This document shows, in pieces, positions 9,789-19,121 of a stretch of 64,000 nucleotides of DNA. This stretch comes from a bacterium (GTDB lineage Bacteria > UBA8248), in the NCBI GenBank assembly GCA_963692865.2, contig OY843592.1, forward strand, positions 2,016,001 through 2,080,000, read 5' to 3'. Numbering within the stretch: the first letter of the stretch is position 1; each line of letters begins with the position of its first letter. A program made the position numbers and the translations under genes. The notes under the pieces were generated by a model. It worked only from the letters and a program-made list of their open reading frames with translations, did not search any database and was not told where the DNA came from.

Positions 9789-11390
9789 ATGGTGAAAAGA
9801 ATATCCCCGGTCGTACTGAAGGAATTGATGGAAAGCGCCCGCGCCCACGCCGTATTGGACGTGCGCGACCCGATGGAGTTTCACGAAAAACAGATTTTCA
9901 TGACGACGAACGCCCCGCGCGGCGAAATCGAGTTTCTGGCTGAGCGCCTCGTACCCGTGAAGGCGACGCCCGTGGTGTGCGTGGACGATGGAGATCTCAG
10001 GGCGGAGCGCGTCGCCGCGTTGCTCGAAGAGTGCGGTTACGCGGACGTCTCGGTGCTCGAAGGCGGCCTGGGCGCATGGGAGGCGCAAGCGTATCCCACG
10101 GTTTCGGGAACGAACGTGCCGAGCAAGGACTTCGGCGAGCGGATTCACGTGGAAAACGAGGTGCCCGAGATCACGGCGCGTGAGCTGTATGAGCTGATCG
10201 AGAGCGATACGCCGCCGCGCATATTCGACACGAGGACGGAGGTGGAGTTCGAGCGCTTCTGCGTCCCCACGGGGCGGAGCCTGCCGGGGGGAGAACTCAT
10301 CCTCCACGCATGGGATCTGGGCCAGGACAGGGAAACGCCCCTCATCATCAACTGCGCGGGCCGCACCCGCAGCATCATCGGCACGCAGGCGCTTCACCGT
10401 CTGGGCGTCACGCACGCGCGCGCGCTCAAAAACGGCGGCATGGGCATCATTCTGGAAGGCTTGCAACTCGATGAGGGGAAACCGAGCGAGATTCCCGCTC
10501 CTTCCGACCAGAGCCGCGCCCACGGGGAAGCGCTCGGCGCGCAGGTGGCCGAAGATGAGGGGATTCCCTTCGTCTCGGTCGATGAGCTTCAAGCGTTTCA
10601 GGTGGGAGCAGACGCCAATACGCTCTACGTGCTCGACGTGCGTCTCGCGCCCGAGTTCTCGGAGGGCCATATTCCGGGGGCCATCTCCATTCCCGGCGGG
10701 CAGGCGGCGCAGCGCACCGACGAGGTGATCGCGGTGCGCGCGGGCAAGGTCGTTACCTATTGCGACAAGAACGCGCGCGGCGTCATGGCGGCCTACTGGC
10801 TTCGCCAGATGGGACTCGACGTGAGCGTGCTGCGCGGCGGCCTTAACGCTTGGCGCGAAGCCGGAGGAGCAATCGAGAAGCCGAGCGAGGCGGCTTCGGG
10901 AGAAAGCCCGGCGGGGGCGGGGGACGTTCTTCTCCTTGAACAAGCGCGCGCGCAAACCCGCGCCTATTCGGCGGGGGAGGCGAGCGCCCGGAGGCCGAGG
11001 TTCGGCGCGGTCCTGGACGTGGATTTGAGTTCCTCCTATGAGAAAGGCCACCTGCCGGGTTCCGTCTGGGTGTCCAGGGGCCGGCTGGAAGAGGGGGCGC
11101 CCGAGCGGGCGGTGAACAAGAGGGCGCGGGTGATTTGCGTCTGCGAGGACGGGCGAAAATCCGCCCTGAGCGCGTTAGTTCTCCAAAAACTCGGCTACCG
11201 CAGAGCCGGCTACCTCGAAGGCGGCAAGGCGGCCTGGCGGGAGGCGGGGCATCCTCTCGATACGGGACGCGAGGGGTTGGATGCGCAGCCCAGGGACGTG
11301 CAGCTCAAGCCCTACGACATCGGGCGCAGCGCGATGGAGGGCTACCTCACCTGGGAGGAGAATTTGGGCAAGAAATACGCCCGAAAGTAA
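9789..11390 (+). CDS. Four-domain rhodanese/sulfurtransferase
   Basis: Repeated LDVR...GHIPG...LEGG units; Cys loops NCAGRTRS, YCDKNARG, VCEDGRKS. Confidence 0.88.
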   Translation: MVKRISPVVLKELMESARAHAVLDVRDPMEFHEKQIFMTTNAPRGEIEFLAERLVPVKATPVVCVDDGDLRAERVAALLEECGYADVSVLEGGLGAWEAQAYPTVSGTNVPSKDFGERIHVENEVPEITARELYELIESDTPPRIFDTRTEVEFERFCVPTGRSLPGGELILHAWDLGQDRETPLIINCAGRTRSIIGTQALHRLGVTHARALKNGGMGIILEGLQLDEGKPSEIPAPSDQSRAHGEALGAQVAEDEGIPFVSVDELQAFQVGADANTLYVLDVRLAPEFSEGHIPGAISIPGGQAAQRTDEVIAVRAGKVVTYCDKNARGVMAAYWLRQMGLDVSVLRGGLNAWREAGGAIEKPSEAASGESPAGAGDVLLLEQARAQTRAYSAGEASARRPRFGAVLDVDLSSSYEKGHLPGSVWVSRGRLEEGAPERAVNKRARVICVCEDGRKSALSALVLQKLGYRRAGYLEGGKAAWREAGHPLDTGREGLDAQPRDVQLKPYDIGRSAMEGYLTWEENLGKKYARK

Positions 11391-11409
11391 CGCCCGGCGT
11401 ATTCCGAGC

Positions 11410-11859
11410 CTACTCCGGCCGCGTAGGGTTGGGCGAGGCGCCCGGCCGCTGTTTTCTCGCGTTCAATGAGGCGATGATCTCGAATTCGAGGTTTTCGTTG
11501 TAGGCGTTCACCTGCCTCGGGATCGTGAACAGATCCACGACCCACCAGGCGCCGTAGACGAGCAGGGCGAGCAGGCTCAAAGCGGCGGTCGCGCCGCCCG
11601 CCTCGGGGTTCGACTCCGCCATGACGAAGCCGACCACGAAGACGAGAATCAATACCCACGGGGCGACGACGTAGACCACGCCCGTCGCGATTCTGCCCAG
11701 GTAGAACTTGTGCAGCCCCAGCCAACTCAGAAAAAACCAAAGCGCGAACGTGACGCCCGTCGATTTCCGGCGGCGGTCGAGTTCGATGTTCAGGATGTGG
11801 AGTTCACGCTCGTCCAGCCCGCTCTTGAGCGTGATGAGCCGCTCGCTCTGGTTCGTCAT
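11410..11859 (-). CDS. TM2-domain membrane protein
   Basis: KSTGVTFALWFFLSWLGLHKFYLG and WWVVDLFTIP; start overlaps the upstream stop (TGATG). Confidence 0.85.
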   Translation of the reverse strand: MTNQSERLITLKSGLDERELHILNIELDRRRKSTGVTFALWFFLSWLGLHKFYLGRIATGVVYVVAPWVLILVFVVGFVMAESNPEAGGATAALSLLALLVYGAWWVVDLFTIPRQVNAYNENLEFEIIASLNARKQRPGASPNPTRPE

Positions 11860-12452
11860 CAGTCGCAGTTGTTGTGCCGGCGCCACATTTCCGCGTTGTG
11901 GCCCTTGGGGACGTTGGCGCAGGGGTCCGGCTTGGAATAGCCCCTGAGCGCGTTGTAGGTGCGAATCTGCTTCTCGGAGAGAACCTTCAAAGTCTCGATG
12001 TGCGCGGCCAGATGGACGTAGCGCAATTCCTTTTTCGCCTCGGCGATGGCGCTCAAGGAAGCGCGCAGCAGCGCATCGGTAATGGTTCGGTCCCGGAAGC
12101 CGCTCTCGAGACGCCGCTCCAGATTGATCAGGCGTTCGCCGTGATGGATGGCCCGGCTCTTCATGCGCCGGTATATCGCGCCGATGGCCGCGCGCTGGGT
12201 TTCGTCCAGGCCGATTTCATCCTTCATCTCCAGTAGATGTATCGGCCCCGGGACGCCGTTCAACTCCGCCGCCTTGGCCAGCCCCCAACCGCCTCCGCGC
12301 TTGAGCTCGGCGATGTCCTCCGCCGAGAGGCTCTTGATCGCGCGGTTTTCCTGGCCGGCGTATTTCGAATGATGGGACGATGAGCCTTCATTCGCCTCCG
12401 CGGCGAAAACGGCCGACAGCGATAATACGAGAATCAACAAAACTTTCATCAT
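11859..12452 (-). CDS. Secreted Spy/CpxP-like helical protein
   Basis: Signal peptide; YAGQENRAIKSLS, GLAKAAELNGVPGP, LSEKQ...YNALRGY. Confidence 0.75.
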   Translation of the reverse strand: MMKVLLILVLSLSAVFAAEANEGSSSHHSKYAGQENRAIKSLSAEDIAELKRGGGWGLAKAAELNGVPGPIHLLEMKDEIGLDETQRAAIGAIYRRMKSRAIHHGERLINLERRLESGFRDRTITDALLRASLSAIAEAKKELRYVHLAAHIETLKVLSEKQIRTYNALRGYSKPDPCANVPKGHNAEMWRRHNNCD

Positions 12453-12524
12453 GCAAATCTCTCCTCGGGCTTTATTTCGGCGGCGCTTGTACGGCGACGG
12501 GTTTTTTCTTGCGGCGGCTTCCAG

Positions 12525-12809
12525 TCAGGTGTTGATGATGCCCGGTTCGTTCCGGCTGATGTCCCACCCCTTCGATTCCATGAAGTCCCTGAATCTTCCC
12601 CAGTCGAATTTGCCGGACTCATGGAACTGAAGGATGGATTCTCTTGAGAGGCGGTTCTTCATCCACTGATAGAGCGGCTCTCCGAGCGTATCGTGGTGCT
12701 GTGCCGCGAATTCCACCAGCGGCATTCCTTCCGGTTCGAGCACGATCCAGTAGCTGCTTCTGTATTTTACCAGCTTCAGGTCTTCTTCCAAAGGCTTGGG
12801 TTCGCTCAT
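12525..12809 (-). CDS. Hypothetical protein (94 aa)
   Basis: Protein-like composition, codirectional with neighbours, upstream AGGA. Confidence 0.6.
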   Translation of the reverse strand: MSEPKPLEEDLKLVKYRSSYWIVLEPEGMPLVEFAAQHHDTLGEPLYQWMKNRLSRESILQFHESGKFDWGRFRDFMESKGWDISRNEPGIINT

Positions 12810-12971
12810 CTTTTTGTCCGGGTCCTCGTGATGAATGCGGCGGGCAAGTTTGATTTTTCGTCCGATTCGGCGCCTGTGAAGCGCCCGAAAACCGCTTTCG
12901 CGTCGTGAGAATATAGCAAGGCCGGGAACGCGATGGAAGAGAAAACGCCGAGGCTCGGGGGCGCGGAATTT

Positions 12972-13634
12972 TCACTCCCATTTCCTTCGCATCATCTTCA
13001 CGAGCTCGGCGCCCGATTCGCCGGCGTCGAACCGTCGGGTGAATTCCTCCTCGATTTCCATGACGATTCGCGTGCGCTCGCGCACCGCTTCGGTTTCATC
13101 CTTCGGCACAACGGCCACGCCGTCCGCATCGGCGACGATGATGTCTCCGGGCGCCACCCGCACCCCGCAGCAGGTGACGGGTACGTCGCGCTCCGAGGCG
13201 ACCAGGCGTCTGGAATAGGGCAGGGGCCGCGCGCCGCGGCACCACACGGGCAGGCCCAGTTCCCTGATTTCCAGAACGTCGCGCGCCCGCCCGTCCGTGA
13301 CGACGCCCGCGGCGCCGCGCCTGTGGATGACGCGCGCGCCGTTGGCTCCCAGGACGGCCATGTCGCTCGCTTCCGTCGCGAGCACGACGAACCTGCCCGG
13401 CTCCATCTCCTCGTGCGTCCCGTAGAGGCTCACGCGGGAGGGGTTCACCTCGCCCCGGACGGGCTCGAAGCGCATGGTGGCCGCAGGGGCTGCGACGCGC
13501 TCCTCCGTGAAGGGGGTGAGCGGGCCGACGTCCTTCATGATGAGGTCGAGGCCCAGAAATATCGAGGCGTCCGCGATGGCGGTCGTCGGCGCGCGGGAGA
13601 AGAATTCGAGAGCGTCTTCCATGGGTTTCTCCAT
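12972..13634 (-). CDS. RraA family / HMG aldolase-like protein
   Basis: GVVTDGRARD, GVRVAPGDIIVADADGVAVVP. Confidence 0.88.
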   Translation of the reverse strand: MEKPMEDALEFFSRAPTTAIADASIFLGLDLIMKDVGPLTPFTEERVAAPAATMRFEPVRGEVNPSRVSLYGTHEEMEPGRFVVLATEASDMAVLGANGARVIHRRGAAGVVTDGRARDVLEIRELGLPVWCRGARPLPYSRRLVASERDVPVTCCGVRVAPGDIIVADADGVAVVPKDETEAVRERTRIVMEIEEEFTRRFDAGESGAELVKMMRRKWE

Positions 13635-13780
13635 GTGGTGAGAAGCGTGGATGTGGGGATTGCCTTGGATTTCGTTTAGTCTTCTGTTTGAAATTCAAAT
13701 CTCAATATATTATGGTCTGTTGTACGAGCGTTCCGAAGGACCCAATATACATTTCAAGTCCTTGAGGAGAGCGTGGAAAA

Positions 13781-13948
13781 ATGACTGCCGAAATGATCGA
13801 AATCGCCGCTTTTGGAATCGCCATCCTGGCCTACCTTTACAGGTTGGAGAGGAAGTTTGATAGCCGCCTCTCCGCCCTGGAAGCGAGAATGTCTCGCCTC
13901 GAAGGCATGTTCGAGGGTTTTCTGGCGGCGCAAAAATCTCCTACTTAA
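13781..13948 (+). CDS. Small membrane-anchored coiled-coil protein (55 aa, not in ORF track)
   Basis: Hand translation MTAEMIEIAAFGIAILAYLYRLERKFDSRLSALEARMSRLEGMFEGFLAAQKSPT; GAGGAG at 13764-13769. Confidence 0.65.
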   Translation: MTAEMIEIAAFGIAILAYLYRLERKFDSRLSALEARMSRLEGMFEGFLAAQKSPT

Positions 13949-13987
13949 TCGATCATTCCCCTACGAAACTCCCGCAAGCCCGACCGC

Positions 13988-14680
13988 CTACTCCACCACG
14001 GCCACGGCCCGGCAGGGGGAGCCTTCGATACCCGGCATCTTGAGCGGCAGCGCGATGACCTCGAAGCGCTCCTGCGGTATGGCGGAGAGGTTCGTCATAT
14101 GCTCGATCTGGATGATCCCGTTCCCGAGCAGCGTCCGGTGGACGACGTAGTTCTCGGGCACGTTCTCGGGAATCTTCTTGACTTCCTCTTCCTGGAGAAA
14201 ATCGAAGCCGGCCGCCTTCACGCCCTTGTCCACGAGCCATCTGGCGCCGTCGCCGGTCAGGAAGGGCGAGTTCCTCAGGTAGGCGTCCGAACCCCAGAAC
14301 TTGTCCGTAAAATCGGTGCGCAGCAGGGCGATGTCGTTTTCCTGGACGAGGCCTGAGTGCGCCTCCAAATCCCCGGCGGAGATGGGCGCATCCGCCCCCT
14401 TGGATGAGAAATCGAGGAGGCAGGCGGGCCCCATGAAGCGGTCGAGTTCCACCTCGTCCGTCGTCTTGCCCCAGCGGTAGATGTGGCGCGGACAATCGAG
14501 GTGCGTGCCCGCGTGGGCGAATATGGAGAGCCAGCTGTCGACGAACACGACGTCGGGTTCTTTTCGGGGCGGGAAGTATTTGCGCCGCACGGAGGTTTCG
14601 GCGTTCATCATCTTGCCCACGGCGGCCGCCACGGGGTCCATTTCGTCGTAGTGGGCGAGACTCAAATCAATGATCGGCAT
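13988..14680 (-). CDS. Cyclase family metal hydrolase (kynurenine formamidase-like)
   Basis: HAGTHLDCPRH, VHRTLL, IEHMTNL, EGSPCRAVA. Confidence 0.9.
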   Translation of the reverse strand: MPIIDLSLAHYDEMDPVAAAVGKMMNAETSVRRKYFPPRKEPDVVFVDSWLSIFAHAGTHLDCPRHIYRWGKTTDEVELDRFMGPACLLDFSSKGADAPISAGDLEAHSGLVQENDIALLRTDFTDKFWGSDAYLRNSPFLTGDGARWLVDKGVKAAGFDFLQEEEVKKIPENVPENYVVHRTLLGNGIIQIEHMTNLSAIPQERFEVIALPLKMPGIEGSPCRAVAVVE

Positions 14681-14758
14681 GGGGGCTCCTTGATACTGTA
14701 TGAGTGACTTGTGCTCCTGTGTTTTTGGAGGATGCCGGGTTCATCCTGTCATAAAGAC

Positions 14759-15155
14759 GGCGTTTTGAAAAAGTCCCCCAAAGGAGTTGTCAACCCCAAT
14801 CGAGAGAGTTCACCGTCATTCCGGCGAAAGCCGGAATCCAGAGCAGACGAGGATATCGAATCGCAGGACGACCAGGAAAAATGATAAAGCGAAAAGACAA
14901 ATACAAAAACAAAGTCCCTGGATTCCGGCATGCGCCGGAATGACGATCAAAACCGCATTCACCCGTAGTAGGGCGGCCCCCTGTGGCCGTCCTACCCCCC
15001 CGTGGCCGCCCTTATCAGATATGACCATCCCCGTGGTTGCGCTGCGCAGGGACAGGCGCAGGGTCTCGGACAGGCACGGGGGCCTGTCCCTACGAGCCTC
15101 CTTCTCGTTTGGTTGCATACGCCGAATCACAGAAGCAGGACTTTTCACAACTTCC
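14759..15155. repeat. Mosaic repeat cassette
   Basis: GTTTTGAAAAAGTCC left, GGACTTTTCACAAC right; GTCATTCCGGC pair and GTAG-type REPs; shares segments with 47027-47596 in inverted orientation. Confidence 0.82.
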
Positions 15156-15272
15156 TTTCCGCCGCCTGTGCTTTATCGAACCGCCGCCCCGGCGTGAACG
15201 CGCCGCTTCTCACGCTCCCGATTTGGGGATAGAATTTCGCCGTTCATCTGACTTTAGCCGGGAGGAGGAAGG

Positions 15273-16097
15273 ATGAAAAAAGCGCTTTGCCTCGCTCTGC
15301 TCGTTTGCCATCTGGCCGTCCCGGCCGTCGTTTCCGCCAAGTGCTCACCCGGCCTGGTCCGCCACATGCCTTTCAGGCGGGCGATTCCCGTATCCTACGT
15401 CCGAGCGGTGAAAGCCCCGCGCCGAATCAGCATCCAGTGGTTCGGCCACGCCTTTTTCCGCATCGTCTCGCCGGGCGGGATCCGTATCGTGACCGATCCG
15501 TTCTCCCCGCACCGGGGCTATCCCATCCCGAAGACGAGACCCCACGTGGCCACCACGAGCGAGGCGGCGATGAACCACAGTTCCGTCGAGGTGCTGGGCG
15601 GAAGCCCCGTCGTCTTGAGAGGCGTACTCGGCTACGGAGAGAAATGGAACGAGGTGGATTACCGGATTGGGGACGTGCGCATCCGCAACGTGCCCATCGT
15701 TCAGGGCGGGGGAGGGGACGATTTCGACGCCGGTGAATCGAAGGCTTCTTCTTTTCTCTTCGAGACGGGCGGGCTTTGCATCGCTCATCTGGGGGATCTG
15801 GGATCGCCCATGAACCCCGAGCAGTTGAGGAGACTGGGGAAGATTCACGTGGCCCTGGCGATCATCTCGGACCCCGGGGCCATGAACCCCAGAGTGATGG
15901 CGGATTTCGTCCGAAGACTCGGCCCCAACGTCGCGGTTCCGATGGACGTCCGCTCGATCGAGGAGTTGAACGTATTTCTCGGCGCTTTCAGGCGCGTCAA
16001 GAGACTGGAGGGCGACACCTACGTCTTCAGCCGCAGGACGCTGCCGCGCCCGACGGAGGTCGTGCTCCTCAAGCACAAGGCCTGGGAGTGGAGGTAG
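15273..16097 (+). CDS. Secreted MBL-fold protein (degenerate metal motif)
   Basis: Signal peptide; IQWFGHAFFRI, IVTDPF, IAHLGDLG; RBS GGAGGA. Confidence 0.8.
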   Translation: MKKALCLALLVCHLAVPAVVSAKCSPGLVRHMPFRRAIPVSYVRAVKAPRRISIQWFGHAFFRIVSPGGIRIVTDPFSPHRGYPIPKTRPHVATTSEAAMNHSSVEVLGGSPVVLRGVLGYGEKWNEVDYRIGDVRIRNVPIVQGGGGDDFDAGESKASSFLFETGGLCIAHLGDLGSPMNPEQLRRLGKIHVALAIISDPGAMNPRVMADFVRRLGPNVAVPMDVRSIEELNVFLGAFRRVKRLEGDTYVFSRRTLPRPTEVVLLKHKAWEWR

Positions 16098-16125
16098 GAA
16101 GGCTTGAATCCCGTCTTTTATCTCC

Positions 16126-16572
16126 GGTAGAGACAGGTTGCGACCCCGGACAGGCGCAGGAGCCTGTCCGGCTACGGGCGGACGTATGACCGTTACCTGT
16201 TTCGAATTACCGTCATTCCGGCGCATGCCGGAATCCGGGGATTTTGTCTTTCGCCTTTCGTTTTTGGCCGTTATGCCTGACCCGTGAGAGGGATAATGAA
16301 CCGCCGCCGTATCTTCACTCTCATCGGCTCTGGATTCCGGCATGCGCCGGAATGACGACTTCTGGAGCCGTTCGTAGGGACAGGCCCCCGTGCCTGTCCG
16401 ATATCCGTGCCCGGTTCGACAAAGGACAACCACGGGGGTTGTCCCTGCAATACCATCGCGTATTGCGTAGGGGCGGACCCGTGTGTCCGCCCGATTTTTA
16501 TATATGTCGACCATTGCAACGTACAAATTTGAACGTCGGAAACACAGGGCGGACACACGGTTCCGCCCCTAC
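16126..16572. repeat. REP cluster (GTAG-type REP pairs and GTCATTCCGGC pair), no clear IS-like ends
   Basis: GTAGGGACAGGCCCCCGTGCCTGTCC; GTAGGGGCGGACCCGTGTGTCCGCCC / GGGCGGACACACGG..CCGCCCCTAC. Confidence 0.85.
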
Positions 16573-16677
16573 AATCAATCTAATTCCGTTAGAAACTATT
16601 CCAATATGGCGTGGCTATGACATAGGTGATATTTCGGGAATTCATCGATCAGACGAGATGACTCGCACCGATCGAAA

Positions 16678-18960
16678 TCAGCTTCTCTCCGCCTCCACGC
16701 GGTAGCTGTTGAACGTGGCGTTCTCGTATTCGGAGAGGGCGTCGCCGGTGAGCCGGTTGGCCGCGCCGTCCTCGGGCAACCCGCCCGCAGGCACGTGAAC
16801 GACGCCCTGGCGGATTCCCTCGCTCACCCTGGCCTCGAACACGGACTCGCCGTAATCGTTCCTGAGACGCACGCTGTCGCCGCTCTCGATGCCCCGGGCG
16901 GCGGCGTCGGCCGGATGCAGGGTGGCGACGTTCCAGCCGTGGCGCAGCAGCTTCTTCGCGTTGTTGAAGGTCGAACTCGCGCGGAAATAGGTTTTCGGCG
17001 TGAGGAGTTGAAGCGGGTAGTTCGTCCCCCCGTTCGCCGCGTCGTCTTCGGGCGGGAAGTGCGCCGGCGTCTTTTGCTCGATCTCCTCGAAATAGACCTG
17101 CGCGCGCCCGTGCGGCGTGGCGAGGTTCCAGTGCGGCGCGGCGTCGGGAACGTCGAGTGTAATCTGCCCCTCGGTTTCGAGTCTTTCGAGCGTGACGTCC
17201 TGGAACCAGGGGAAGCGCGCGTCCGACCGCGCGGCTTCGAGGAGTTCCTCAATCCACTCCCTCGATGATTTCCACGGGAAATGCTTACCGTAGCCCATTT
17301 TTTCGGCCAGGCGGCAGACGATCTCGAAGTCATCGAGCGACTCCCCGCGCGGCGGCATGGCGCCCGGTGTATACATGAGGACGTGTTTGGGGTCCATCTC
17401 GCGGGCGAGATGGTAGAAGGTGCTGCCCACCTCCATGCCCCCGGTGATCGCGCAGCGCTCCAGCCACGTGGAGGCCGGCAGCACCACGTCCGCGCATTTC
17501 GCCGTCGGCGTCATGAAGACGTCCGCCACCGCGCAGAAATCCAGAGAGCGGAGGGCGCGCTCGGTCTTGTACGTGTTTCCGGCCTGCCCGACCGGGTTGC
17601 CCCACATCACGAGCGCCGCGTTCACCGGGCCGCCGTAGGAGTCGGGGTTGAGAATCGCTTCTCCGACCCGCCCGGTGGGGATGGTGCGCTTCACGGGATT
17701 GGGGACGGCCCAGCGATCGGCCATCACTTCGGCGAGGCCGGTGCCGTGCGCCGTGGCGGAGGAAAAGCCCGCCTCGCTCGCCCCGTGGCGCAGCACGCCT
17801 GCCGAGGCGCCCGCCAGGAGGTTCAGGACGTGCAGCGCGCGGACGGCCTGCTCCCCGTGCACGGTGCGCTGGTAGGACCCGTAGTAGACGATGACTTTTC
17901 CTCGCCGCATCGCCCGGGCGATGGCGCGCACGTGTTCCGTCGATACGCCGCATTCGCGCGCCGCGCGCTCGGGCGTCCAGGGTTCGGCGGCGTCGCGCAG
18001 ATAATCGAGCGCGGGCCTGCAGCCGGCGCCTTTCACCCGGAACGTCCCGCTCAGGGCCGGTTTCGCGCAAGTCTCGAACGGCCTGGCCGAGGCGGATTCT
18101 TCATCCCATACGAGCGGCGCGCCGCCAGCGTCCCGCGCGAAGCGGCCGGTGTCCGCGTCCACGAGGAACGCGGCGTTGGTTCTCTCCCGGAGGAAGGCCT
18201 CGTCCAGCGCGCCCTCAGCGAGCATGAGCCGCAACACGGCCAGCGCGAGCGCCGTGTCCGTCGAGGGGCGGATCGGCGCGTGCGCGTCGCCGAAGCGCTC
18301 CGCCGTCCGGGTGCGGAGGGGATCGACGACGATGAAGCGGGTTCCATTCTTCTTGGCGCTTTGGAGCGACTGGAGCAGGCCGCGGTATCCCGTCTCCACG
18401 GGGTTGTTGCCCCACAGGACGATCCACTCGCAGTCGTCGGTCGGCTTGTTGCTCACCTGCCAGTGGCCGAATACGTCGTCGCTCGCGCCGAGGAAGGCCT
18501 TCCAGCAGAGACTGCCGCGCATGTAGGGCTGCACCGCGCCGCCCCACATGTTCAACAGCCGCATGATGGTGGCGGGCTCCGCGTCGCGTCCGCCGGGCAG
18601 GGTGTGCTGGGCGGAGTAGTGGTACATCATCACGGATTCGTTGCCGCCCTTCTCCCTGGCGGCCTCGAGTCCACCGGCGACGAGTTCGAGCGCCTCGTCC
18701 CAGCCCACGCGCTCGAAGCGGTTCGCGCCGCCCGGCCCCGAGCCCTTCGCACCGACGCGCTTCATCGGATGGAGGAGCCTGTCGGGGTGGTGATACCTGT
18801 CCGGCAACTGGAACCCCTTGATGCAGGGCTTGATGCGCATTCTGGGATTCGCCCGGAACGAGGCGATCTCTTCGCCGCGCGCTTCGACCTCGAAGCTGCA
18901 GGGATTGTTCCCGCAGTGGGGGGAGCAGATCGTATAGGATTTTCGGGTTGCGCCGGGCAT
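16678..18960 (-). CDS. Molybdopterin (bis-MGD) oxidoreductase, DMSO reductase superfamily
   Basis: CSPHCGNNPC...CIKG Fe-S motif, DRLLHPMKRVG, WGNNP, DVVLPASTWLE, HPADAAARGI; no Tat signal seen. Confidence 0.9.
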   Translation of the reverse strand: MPGATRKSYTICSPHCGNNPCSFEVEARGEEIASFRANPRMRIKPCIKGFQLPDRYHHPDRLLHPMKRVGAKGSGPGGANRFERVGWDEALELVAGGLEAAREKGGNESVMMYHYSAQHTLPGGRDAEPATIMRLLNMWGGAVQPYMRGSLCWKAFLGASDDVFGHWQVSNKPTDDCEWIVLWGNNPVETGYRGLLQSLQSAKKNGTRFIVVDPLRTRTAERFGDAHAPIRPSTDTALALAVLRLMLAEGALDEAFLRERTNAAFLVDADTGRFARDAGGAPLVWDEESASARPFETCAKPALSGTFRVKGAGCRPALDYLRDAAEPWTPERAARECGVSTEHVRAIARAMRRGKVIVYYGSYQRTVHGEQAVRALHVLNLLAGASAGVLRHGASEAGFSSATAHGTGLAEVMADRWAVPNPVKRTIPTGRVGEAILNPDSYGGPVNAALVMWGNPVGQAGNTYKTERALRSLDFCAVADVFMTPTAKCADVVLPASTWLERCAITGGMEVGSTFYHLAREMDPKHVLMYTPGAMPPRGESLDDFEIVCRLAEKMGYGKHFPWKSSREWIEELLEAARSDARFPWFQDVTLERLETEGQITLDVPDAAPHWNLATPHGRAQVYFEEIEQKTPAHFPPEDDAANGGTNYPLQLLTPKTYFRASSTFNNAKKLLRHGWNVATLHPADAAARGIESGDSVRLRNDYGESVFEARVSEGIRQGVVHVPAGGLPEDGAANRLTGDALSEYENATFNSYRVEAERS

Positions 18961-19121
18961 GGCCTTCTCTCTTCGTTTTCAGTGCGGACGCCGCTTTACA
19001 CGATTTCTCGTGCATCCTAACATAGGGCCTCTTTTGTTTCTGGGCAAATGGCGTTCGTCATCATAGAGCGGAACGCGACGGCGTCGCTTCCATTATTCGA
19101 CCCTTCTGGAGGTAAGAGAGC

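Noticed and set aside
16126-16572. Repeat-spacer-like appearance suggesting a CRISPR array or integron attC sites
   Set aside because: Repeats are inverted pairs of mixed type with irregular spacing; no cas or integrase gene; no cassette-style ORF arrangement
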